Source: Cyanophora paradoxa CCMP329 | Taxonomy: Eukaryota > Plantae > Glaucophyta | Direction: 5' to 3' | DNA length: 64,000 bases | Assembly (NCBI GenBank): GCA_004431415.1 | Contig: QPMI01000295.1 | Coordinates: 5,239 to 69,238, forward strand | In this document: piece by piece, positions 12,375 through 22,300 of the stretch | Position numbering within the stretch: position 1 is the first letter of the stretch | Layout of the letters: every line of letters begins with the position of its first letter | Notes under the pieces: generated by a model | Told to the model about the DNA's origin: nothing | The model's input: the letters and a program-made list of their open reading frames with translations, nothing else | Databases searched by the model: none | Program-made: the position numbers and the translations under genes

Positions 12375-12527
12375 ACGAGCACCTGCATCACCAGTCAAGG
12401 GTATGTCAGACTACATTTCTTCTTCTTCTTTTTAAAGCCCCCACTCAAGCTTTCTATCCCTGTTGCTGGACAAAGTAAGCTGAGCAGAGATGAGCAGGAG
12501 TTGAATTCTGCAGCAAGAGCCTTCAAT

Positions 12528-14491
12528 CTACTCCCACGACGCATAAAGAGCAACAAGAATCCAGGAAGGTAACTGTGCCGAGCGAGGCCCGCGATAGCAC
12601 ACGTCATATGCTGGGCCGAGCACCATTGCAGGTGCACGCAAGGCAAGCTGCAACTGTGGCCACCATGGAGCTGAGGGCCACTGAGGGACAATAAAAACTG
12701 CCGAGGCCCTACACTGGCGGACATGTGACACAAGGTGCAAGAGGAAATTTGGGTCTGGAAAGACGTAATTACGAGCACCACGCCAGGTTGCTGTAAAGCA
12801 ATCATATCCTTCAGCATGTCGATCATTCAAATCAATGGAAAAGTATCGATTTAGGTGAGTGTTGGCTGATGAGGCCATACGATCAATATCAAAAGGTCCA
12901 AATGTCCGACTGACCATGGCAAAATATCCAGGTTTCAAAGAGTAGTCGGCGGGGTAAAAGTAGCGACTCAAAGCATCGGACCACTCATTGTCAACACCAG
13001 GAATGTGTTCTGCTTCAATGCTGATGCAGTTGAGCAGAGCAATATCCCAAATTGCTGCTGCAACTCGGCAAAGGTATTCATGTCTTCCGCCACCATTGTT
13101 GATGTAGGCCACAGTCACTGTGTTGTCCGAGCGAACTAAGATGTTCTGATTGCGCAATAAACCTTGATAGTGCTGCATAGCGCGAAGCACTGCCATTAAC
13201 TCGCGCCACGACGAAATTTGCTGAGCTTCTTCTTGGTTCCACAGGCACTGGAATGGGGCAGGCTCAAGCTCCCAAGCCACAGGTTGAGCATCACCAATTC
13301 GGGTAGTGATCCAGGCTCCTGCACCAACATGGCTTGCATCCGTAGTCAACACAAGGAGCCTTTCAGGCCGAATAGGGCAGCGGCCATTGTATCGGTGGAT
13401 GTTGGCCAGCCACCACTCAAGTTCCCGACGAGTCTCATTGGTGAGCTCCACTGGATGATTCCAATGCCATTCTCTTGCCACAACATTGATGTATCGAAAG
13501 AGGGACCTGGTCTTGATGCGAGCTGGAGCCAAGCCCGTGCCATGGACACAAGGGTGCCGGCGACCTTGGCCATTTCACGTGCAGATGCTGATTTCTTTTT
13601 CTTCAGAAGCCCTTTGATCAAAGCAAGCAGACGACCAAGCTTGTCTTGGGGTACTTCAAACAACATGCGGGCGGAGTCCACTATGAAGCCCAAGAAAGCC
13701 ACCGACTGTGCTGGGGTGAGCTCAGATTTGCTGTTGACCACAAGCTTGAGGGCAGCAAATGTTTTGAGGACGAAATCCCGCAATTCACAGGCCTTCTCGT
13801 AGGTTGGAGCAGCAAACCACCAGTCGTCAACATAGTTCACCACGAAGATGCCAAAGCGGCGGAAGTAGTTGACCACTTGTCGCATGATCTTGACGAATGC
13901 AAACGGTGAGTGCTTGAGGCCGAAGGGCAAAACTGTGTACACATAGAATTTGCTGTCAAACTCAAAGCCCATGTTCCGCCAGTCTTGCGGGGAGACTGGC
14001 ACGTGGTGGTATCCAGATTCAAGGTCAATAGTGAACATGTACCAGCCTTGGCGCAGCATGGCTGCAACATGCTCAAGAGTCTCATACTTGAAGGGGATGT
14101 CCGGAAGGCCTTTATTGGTAGGCCGGCCATCCCAGATGAGCCGCAACTTGGATCCAGTCTTCTTGGGCACCACAGACAGTGAGCAGACAATGTTCACTTG
14201 AGCTTCTTCAACTTCTCTGATCGCTCCCGTGCGCAAAAGCTTCTGAATTTCGGTTCTCACAAAGTCCTGATGGTCCACAGCCGCAGACTTGTGGTTGGCC
14301 CGGCGCTCTGCTGGCAGCCGCCTCGCTCCTGACAAAGGGAAACCACGCAAGATCCAGTTGAGCACGACATCATTGGCTCCAATCGCTCTCCACTGTTGGA
14401 CTGCAGCTTGAATGCAGGATGCAACAAAGCCTCCTGCAAAGTGAGGTGAGGCCTTGCATTGGCAGACATGCCCAATTATCGCGGTGCCCAT
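12528..14491 (-). CDS. DIRS-type Pol: reverse transcriptase, RNase H, DNA adenine methyltransferase-like domain (one 1-nt frameshift at about 13535)
   Basis: KLRLIWDGR, IDLESGYHHV, LPFGL, YVDD, FLGF; TTDAS, SWRELMAV, SDN, HIPGVDNEWSDALSR; IDRMAS..N, VPQWPSAPWW. Comparison with family 2 (ARGLAPAR) shows one G missing in a homopolymer. Confidence 0.92.
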
Positions 14492-14559
14492 CTAGCACTG
14501 CTACAGCTGATGGTCCATGCAGCCGCTGGCTTGAAGATGGTGACACGCGAACGGGAAGA

Positions 14560-14719
14560 AGCTTAGAGGCCTTGGCTGCGAAGCAAGACTGAGGCTTGTA
14601 CCCAGGGGCGCACTTATAACTTGTAAGTGCGCCCCTTGTACATATGTGCGTAAGCAAGGCTGCCTTTATTTGGCAGCCATACACTGCCCTATGCTACGCT
14701 GACGCTCACATAGGTTCGA
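14560..14719 (-). repeat. Split direct repeat A, internal copy upstream of pol
   Basis: Identical, except for one C in a homopolymer, to 16598-16758 and 18641-18801. Confidence 0.92.
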
Positions 14720-14780
14720 GTATGGCTGCCACGGCAGCCTTGCTTACAGCAAGCTAAGCACAACATGTCTTGTCATGAAG
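14720..14780 (-). repeat. Split direct repeat B, internal copy
   Basis: Identical to 7572-7632; abuts repeat A. Confidence 0.92.
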
Positions 14781-15506
14781 AATATAAGAGTGAGCGTGTC
14801 AATGTGCTTGTTGGTTCAAGTCTTGAGCTCACATGCACACACAGTGCCACAATGCACCCACAGTGCCACAACACATTTGCACAGGCATGGACTTTCTGGA
14901 TGAATGCGCCAACCTGCGATATCAGCGGGAACAGTTGGCATCATGGAATCTTCGTACCCTTGTGTACTCCTCACCTGCAAAATGCACTAGGTTAATTTCA
15001 GAGCGCCCAGTATGCGATAGCGACACACGGGAAGGCCGGAGGGGGCCAGGAGCTCGACAGCCATCAGCACTCCTGACCTGTGCTGGAAACAGGTCAGTTG
15101 CCGGGAGTCAGCTGGGGCTCTGCCAGGTTGGAGTCATCCAGACGGCAATATATGCCACTAGCATTGAAAAGAAAAGTAGACTACACTCACAGTCACACTT
15201 CACAGTGTTAACACATGCAAATGCACACAGGACCAATGCATAAAGCCACAGCACGCCGGCGCCACCACGGCTGGTAATGACTATGCCGCACCCGGCCACA
15301 ATGCCGCACCCGGCCACACCATCACATGAAATGGAAGCATAATACATGTATTGCATGTTTAGGGAAGCATACACGCACACTCTAGATCTTCTGAAGACTG
15401 CACTTGCATATGCTAGCAATACTTATGCTTGCAAGAACACACCGAAACACTAGTATCTAGCGAAATGCGAAACGAAAACTGCGCGTCCACACAAGGGCGC
15501 GCACGT

Positions 15507-16591
15507 CTACTTGGGGGGGTCGCGCCAGCCGGGGCGCGGCTCGTTCGGGCAATCCTTCACGACATGCCCGGGCTTGTTGCAGCGGAAACACATCCGCTGT
15601 TGCGCTGCGACGGCGGGCGATCGCGGCCCTGGTGCTGGGGCCGCGGGTTGGCGTGCTGCACATACGGGCGCCCGCCGGCGGCCTCCGGGCCAGCAATGTT
15701 GAGCGCGTGCGCCAGCGCCGCAGCCGTGCCCCGATACTCCTCTGGCACACCTGCCAGCCGCTCGGCAAGCTTGTCGCCGCCCTTGTCGCGAATGTCGATC
15801 CGCTTCCGGAGCTCGTCGAGGATTTTGAGGCTCTGCTTTACGTGATCGTAGCACGCAGTGCACGAAGAGCATCTCTTGAGCTGAAACTTAAGCTGCGATA
15901 GCTGCAGGGCAAGCTCACGAAGCCACGGGTTTTTGAGCTGCATAGCCTCATGGTTGTCTTTCTGCTGCTCGCCGAGCTGCTGCTGCTGCTGCTCTTGAAG
16001 CTTGATGACCGCGCTATCTATCCCACGCTGAAGTAGCTCAGCCCACGCTGGCGGAAGCGCACCCGCTGCCGGTTTGGTCGACGTTGGGGCAGTCGAGTTG
16101 CCAGCGGGTACAGCATAAGGGCCTTGAAGGTGACGGGTGAAGCCGGTTGACGGGCCAGCCGCGCCGGATCACTTGCGCCAAGTTCGGAAAGTTGCGCGCA
16201 GCCACTTGCTCTTCCTCGTCGTAGGCGCCACCGAACTGCTCACGCTGTGCCAGTCTAACGGCAACGTCGTCCTCAGGTTCATCTTCTGGGTCGGACTGCT
16301 GCTGGTCCGGATCCGGCGACACGGCTTTCTCCTTGCCTTTGCGAGATCGCGTCGGCGGAGGTGCAGGCTGCTCCTCCTCCGCACTGTCGTTGGCCGGAGC
16401 TTGAAGACGAGATGACGACCTCCGGGCCTGGGGCGCGGGGTCGTCGCCGTCTTGGGTTTGGCCGACTTGCGCGCACCAGTGGCCGTTGACTTGCGTTTCT
16501 GCGCCGCCTCGGCACAGGCGACGAGCAGAATGATGGTCAAGACGACTACGAACAGAGGGGCCCACGATGGGCTCCTCCGCGAGCGAGCCAT
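15507..16591 (-). pseudogene. Gag-like ORF, duplicated copy with apparent frameshifts
   Basis: Near-identical to 17546-18634, with four single-base losses in C/G runs and one substitution that I could see; could be sequencing error. Confidence 0.8.
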
Positions 16592-16597
16592 GACCTC

Positions 16598-16819
16598 AGC
16601 TTAGAGGCCTTGGCTGCGAAGCAAGACTGAGGCTTGTACCCCAGGGGCGCACTTATAACTTGTAAGTGCGCCCCTTGTACATATGTGCGTAAGCAAGGCT
16701 GCCTTTATTTGGCAGCCATACACTGCCCTATGCTACGCTGACGCTCACATAGGTTCGAGTATGGCTGCCACGGCAGCCTTGCTTACAGCAAGCTAAGCAC
16801 AACATGTCTTGTCATGAAG
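16598..16819 (-). repeat. Second internal B|A junction (A 16598-16758, B 16759-16819)
   Basis: Same sequence as 14560-14780. Confidence 0.92.
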
Positions 16820-17545
16820 AATATAAGAGTGAGCGTGTCAATGTGCTTGTTGGTTCAAGTCTTGAGCTCACATGCACACACAGTGCCACAATGCACCCAC
16901 AGTGCCACAACACATTTGCACAGGCATGGACTTTCTGGATGAATGCGCCAACCTGCGATATCAGCGGGAACAGTTGGCATCATGGAATCTTCGTACCCTT
17001 GTGTACTCCTCACCTGCAAAATGCACTAGGTTAATTTCAGAGCGCCCAGTATGCGATAGCGACACACGGGAAGGCCGGAGGGGGCCAGGAGCTCGACAGC
17101 CATCAGCACTCCTGACCTGTGCTGGAAACAGGTCAGTTGCCGGGAGTCAGCTGGGGCTCTGCCAGGTTGGAGTCATCCAGACGGCAATATATGCCACTAG
17201 CATTGAAAAGAAAAGTAGACTACACTCACAGTCACACTTCACAGTGTTAACACATGCAAATGCACACAGGACCAATGCATAAAGCCACAGCACGCCGGCG
17301 CCACCACGGCTGGTAATGACTATGCCGCACCCGGCCACAATGCCGCACCCGGCCACACCATCACATGAAATGGAAGCATAATACATGTATTGCATGTTTA
17401 GGGAAGCATACACGCACACTCTAGATCTTCTGAAGACTGCACTTGCATATGCTAGCAATACTTATGCTTGCAAGAACACACCGAAACACTAGTATCTAGC
17501 GAAATGCGAAACGAAAACTGCGCGTCCACACAAGGGCGCGCACGT

Positions 17546-18634
17546 CTACTTGGGGGGGTCGCGCCAGCCGGGGCGCGGCTCGTTCGGGCAATCCTTCACG
17601 ACATGCCCGGGCTTGTTGCAGCGGAAACACATCCCGCTGTTGCGCTGCGACGGCGGGCGATCGCGGCCCTGGTGCTGGGGCCGCGGGTTGGCGTGCTGCA
17701 CATACGGGCGCCCGCCGGCGGCCTCCGGGCCAGCAATGTTGAGCGCGTGCGCCAGCGCCGCAGCCGTGCCCCGATACTCCTCTGGCACACCTGCCAGCCG
17801 CTCGGCAAGCTTGTCGCCGCCCTTGTTGCGAATGTCGATCCGCTTCCGGAGCTCGTCGAGGATTTTGAGGCTCTGCTTTACGTGATCGTAGCACGCAGTG
17901 CACGAAGAGCATCTCTTGAGCTGAAACTTAAGCTGCGATAGCTGCAGGGCAAGCTCACGAAGCCACGGGTTTTTGAGCTGCATAGCCTCATGGTTGTCTT
18001 TCTGCTGCTCGCCGAGCTGCTGCTGCTGCTGCTCTTGAAGCTTGATGACCGCGCTATCTATCCCACGCTGAAGTAGCTCAGCCCACGCTGGCGGAAGCGC
18101 ACCCGCTGCCGGTTTGGTCGACGTTGGGGCAGTCGAGTTGCCAGCGGGTACAGCATAAGGGCCTTGAAGGTGACGGGTGAAGCCGGTTGACGGGCCAGCC
18201 GCGCCCGGATCCACTTGCGCCAAGTTCGGAAAGTTGCGCGCAGCCACTTGCTCTTCCTCGTCGTAGGCGCCACCGAACTGCTCACGCTGTGCCAGTCTAA
18301 CGGCAACGTCGTCCTCAGGTTCATCTTCTGGGTCGGACTGCTGCTGGTCCGGATCCGGCGACACGGCTTTCTCCTTGCCTTTGCGAGATCGCGTCGGCGG
18401 AGGTGCAGGCTGCTCCTCCTCCGCACTGTCGTTGGCCGGAGCTTGAAGACGAGATGACGACCTCCGGGCCTGGGGCGCGGGGGTCGTCGCCGTCTTGGGT
18501 TTGGCCGACTTGCGCGCACCAGTGGCCGTTGACTTGCGTTTCTGCGCCGCCTCGGCACAGGCGACGAGCAGAATGATGGTCAAGACGACTACGAACAGAG
18601 GGGCCCACGATGGGCTCCTCCGCGAGCGAGCCAT
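17546..18634 (-). CDS. gag: Gag-like protein with N-terminal hydrophobic signal/anchor, coiled coil and C-terminal CCHC zinc knuckle (362 aa)
   Basis: CFRCNKPGHVVKDC knuckle; first ORF of the element; homologous to 54146-55282. Confidence 0.85.
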   Translation of the reverse strand: MARSRRSPSWAPLFVVVLTIILLVACAEAAQKRKSTATGARKSAKPKTATTPAPQARRSSSRLQAPANDSAEEEQPAPPPTRSRKGKEKAVSPDPDQQQSDPEDEPEDDVAVRLAQREQFGGAYDEEEQVAARNFPNLAQVDPGAAGPSTGFTRHLQGPYAVPAGNSTAPTSTKPAAGALPPAWAELLQRGIDSAVIKLQEQQQQQLGEQQKDNHEAMQLKNPWLRELALQLSQLKFQLKRCSSCTACYDHVKQSLKILDELRKRIDIRNKGGDKLAERLAGVPEEYRGTAAALAHALNIAGPEAAGGRPYVQHANPRPQHQGRDRPPSQRNSGMCFRCNKPGHVVKDCPNEPRPGWRDPPK

Positions 18635-18640
18635 GACCTC

Positions 18641-18801
18641 AGCTTAGAGGCCTTGGCTGCGAAGCAAGACTGAGGCTTGTACCCCAGGGGCGCACTTATA
18701 ACTTGTAAGTGCGCCCCTTGTACATATGTGCGTAAGCAAGGCTGCCTTTATTTGGCAGCCATACACTGCCCTATGCTACGCTGACGCTCACATAGGTTCG
18801 A
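18641..18801 (-). repeat. Split direct repeat A, terminal copy (5' end of element 1)
   Basis: Identity to the internal copies stops exactly at 18801. Confidence 0.92.
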
Positions 18802-19309
18802 CTAAAGAGAAAGTATTACACATACATTGCGTTGCCTCTCGTCATGTAGAAACGGGGCAACGCAGCGAATCGAGCACGGGGGGCCTGGGCGCCCCCACAG
18901 CCCTCTCCTCATCTACTGCTGCTCAGCAGCATCTAGCAGCATCCAGCAGCATCTATCATAGTAGTGTAGCTAGATGCCGCGATAGGTAAAACAGTAGCGA
19001 ATAGCTATCTCAAAGTGTTATACATGTGGTGCGAGCACGGGCCAGGGTCGGGTCCGGCTCGGCGAGGCATGAAAAGGGGTGTCTAGGACGAATAATGATG
19101 GAGGGCCGGAAAGCAACGCGCTTAACTAGCGCGGGGGTGCCACGGCGATCTAATTGCGCCGCCGTGGAATACTCTGATGGAGATACGGACGGGAAAGGCC
19201 CGACCTGGGGCGCGCGCCCGGCCCCGGGCCCTGGGTGAATAAGGCTGCATAGAAGAGCGCTCAACTAGCGCTGGACCGGAGGTGACGGTGCCCCCGGGGG
19301 TCCGGGGCC

Positions 19310-22300
19310 TCACTGGGAGGCGGTGCCGCGGCTCAAGTCCGAGTGGACGGAGGCGGACGGGGAGAGGGCGGAGGCGGAGGCGGCGGGGGCGTGGGCGAGG
19401 TCCGAGTGGAGGGAGTGGGAGCGGGCGGGGCCGGCGCGCCCCGCGGCGCTGGCGAGGGCGATGTGCTGCGAGGCGGAGCGGGCGAGGTGCTCGGGGACGG
19501 ACTGCGAGTGGGCGACGCCGCCGGCGCGCGCCGCGAGGCCGGTGTAGAGCGAGGGGGAGGGGGAGATGGCGAGGCCCGAGAGCACCGAGGGGGAGCGCGA
19601 GGGGCCCTCGGGCACCGGCGTGAGCGCGGGGCCCGCTCCCGCCCCGGCGCCTCGTCCACGACCTGCCGGGGGGCGCGGCGTGAGGCGGCGGCGGCGCGGC
19701 GCGGCGGGGGCGGCGTGGAGGGGAACTGGATGTCGCGGTCGATGTCGAGGGAGGCGCCGCGGGAGATGGAGGCGGCGCGCCGCAGCGACTCCGCCGCCGC
19801 GCCGTGCATGGAGATCGACGAGGCGCGCGGCAGGTGCTCCCGCTTCGGCCCTGCGCCCGGCGCCCTCAGCCCGGGCCGGCACGAGCTCGGGGGCGGGGCG
19901 GGGGCGGACCGATGGCGTCGCGGAGGGCGGCGGCGCCGAGGCCGGTCTCCTCGACGAGGCGGGCGAAGTGGGAGGCGGGGTTGTCGAGGAGCGCCGCGGG
20001 GGCATCGAACTCGATGGGGAGGCCGGCGTCCATGAAGAGAATCTTATCGGAGGACACGATGGTGTCCAGCCTGTGGGCGATCTGGATGATGGTCGCCCCC
20101 TGGAAGACGGTCTCGATGGTGGAGACGAAGAGGGACTCCGTCTTCGGGTCCACCGACGCGGTCGCCTCGTCGAGGACGAGGATGGAGGAGCGCTTGAGGA
20201 CGACGCGGCAGAGGCAGCAGAGCTGCCGCATCCCCAGCGACCAGTTCGAGCCGCCCTCCGCCACCTCCGCCTCGAGCTTGCCCGGGAGCGCCTCGACGTA
20301 CTCCTTGAGGTGGGAGGTGCGGAGGGCCTCCCAGATCTCGGCGTCCGAGTAGGCCCCGAAGGGGTCCAGGTTGCTCCGCACCGTCCCCCGGAACATGATG
20401 GGCTCCTGGGGGATGATGGCGATGCGGGAGCGGAGCTCCTCGAGGGGCATGCGGCCCGTGTCCACCCCGTCGATGAAGATGCTCCCCGACTTGGCCTCCA
20501 CCAGCCGGAACAGCGCGATGATCAGCGTCGACTTCCCCTGCCCGCCCCCGCCCCCGTCAGCCCCGTCAGCGCCACCCTCGGGCCCCGGCCGGGCGCGCGC
20601 ACCGAGCCCGTGCGGCCGACGACGCCGACCTTCTCCCCAGCCTGGATCGTCAGCGTCACCCCCTTGAGCGCCGCCGGCTGCCCCCCAGCGCTCAGCGTCG
20701 GCCCCGGGGCGGGCGCGGGCGAGTTGGCGAGGGGGCGGCGCGCTGGGGGGGACCTGGTGGGGGAGGTAGTGGAGAACGACCTTGTCGAACTTGATCTCGC
20801 CGCGCGCCGGCCAGCTCGCCTCCACCTTCGGAGCGTCCGGGCCCGCCTCGGGCTCCTGCCCCACCGCCTCCGACCCGTAGCTGCCGGGGCGGGGCCGCGT
20901 GGGTGCGGGGAGGGGGCGGCGGGGCGGCGGGGGCACGCACTACTCGATGGCGGTGACGGAGGAGACCTGCGAGTCGATGTCGGCGTAGCCGCGCACCACC
21001 CACGTGAAGAAGACCAGCGCCTGGCCCCGGCCCGGGGTCAGCGCCGGCGCGTCGGGGACGAGGGCGGGGGCGGGAGGGCGCCTGGAGGGAGTTGGAGATG
21101 GTGAGGCCGAGGGTGCGGGGCGGGTAGTCGTCCCGCATCCCCACGCACAGCAGCGCGTTGCCCAGGATGATCAGCGCCCCGACGAAGTCGAGGCGGAACT
21201 GGGGTCGCGTCGGCGCGGGGCGGGTGCTGCAAGGGGGCCGGGGCGTGGGCGGGGGCGCACCGCGAGCCAGATGGAGGCGGCGTCCTGGTTGAAGACGCAG
21301 CGGTGGTTCCCGTCGACAAGCGCCGCGCTCTCCGCCGTGAAGCGGCCCTCCTCACCGAACGCCCGGATGACCGGCAGGCCCAGGATCGCCTCGTTCAGGT
21401 GCGAGAGCACCTGCCCCGCGGGATCAGGCGGGGAGGGGGGAGGCGGGGGCGCGGGGCGTCGGACCTTGCCGTTGGTGGCGCCGGAGAGGCGCTTGAGGGC
21501 GCGGCCGGCGCCGAGGTAGAGGCGCAGGTAGAGGAAGAAGGCGGCGAAGAGCCCCGCCGTCACGATCGCGAAGAGCGGCTGCCCGCCCCGCCTCGGCGCG
21601 CGCGGCGCCCGGCCATGGGCGGGGGCGGCGGGGGCGCACGAGGACGGCGGAGGAGAGGGAGACGGTGGTGAGGAGGATGCAGAAGTAGACGAGGGTGATG
21701 TGGAAGACGTCCGGCAGGCTCTCGTCCACCTGCGGGGCGCGCCTCGCGATCAGCCCGCCGCCCCCCCGCCCTCGCGAGCGCGACCGCGGCGCGCCTGGTC
21801 CAGGGCCCCCGCGAAGCAGTTGAGCACGCGGCCGAGCGGCGTGACGACGAAGAAGGCGAAGGGGGCCCGCAGCACCCGCCCGAACGTGTTGTTGTGCAGC
21901 GCCAGCGAGGCCTGCGCCGGCCGGGGCGGCTCGGGGGCGGCTCGAGGGAGGGGCGGGGCGGGGGCGGGCGGACGCGGCGGGCGATGCGGTAGAAGGAGAG
22001 GCCGCGGATCATGAGCCAAATGCCGAACCCGACCACGAACCCGAACCTGCGGCGGCCAGCGCGCTCGGGCCGGGCCCCCGGCACGGCGCCCGCGGCGGCG
22101 GCGGCGCTGGGCGCATGCGCACTGCACGAAGGCGTAGAAGCTGTTGTCCGCCTTGACGAGGATGGGGCGCCCCGGCACCTGTGCCCCCGTCCACACGTTC
22201 AGCCAGCTGCGCGCGCCACGTCGCCCGTCAGCGCCCGATGAGAGGGGCGCGGGATCCGGAGGGGCGAGGGCCGGTGCAGCGCACTAGTCGTTGCCGATGC

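Larger units (their letters stand above)
7572..18801 (-). mobile_element. Tyrosine-recombinase retrotransposon (DIRS order, PAT/Ngaro-like split direct repeats), family 1; layout A-gag-B-A-gag-B-A-pol(RT-RH-MT)-YR-B
   Basis: Contains CCHC gag, RT (YVDD), RNase H, DIRS-type methyltransferase-like domain and tyrosine recombinase. Three copies each of repeat A (160-161 bp) and repeat B (61 bp). Sharp GC drop relative to flanks; no target-site duplication. Confidence 0.93.

Noticed and set aside
13346-13532. Programmed frameshift between RT and RNase H
   Set aside because: Family 2 is continuous at this point and breaks elsewhere.
14765-15419. Short ORFs between gag and pol as an extra gene
   Set aside because: Frames are not conserved between the two families; conservation fits RNA structure better.
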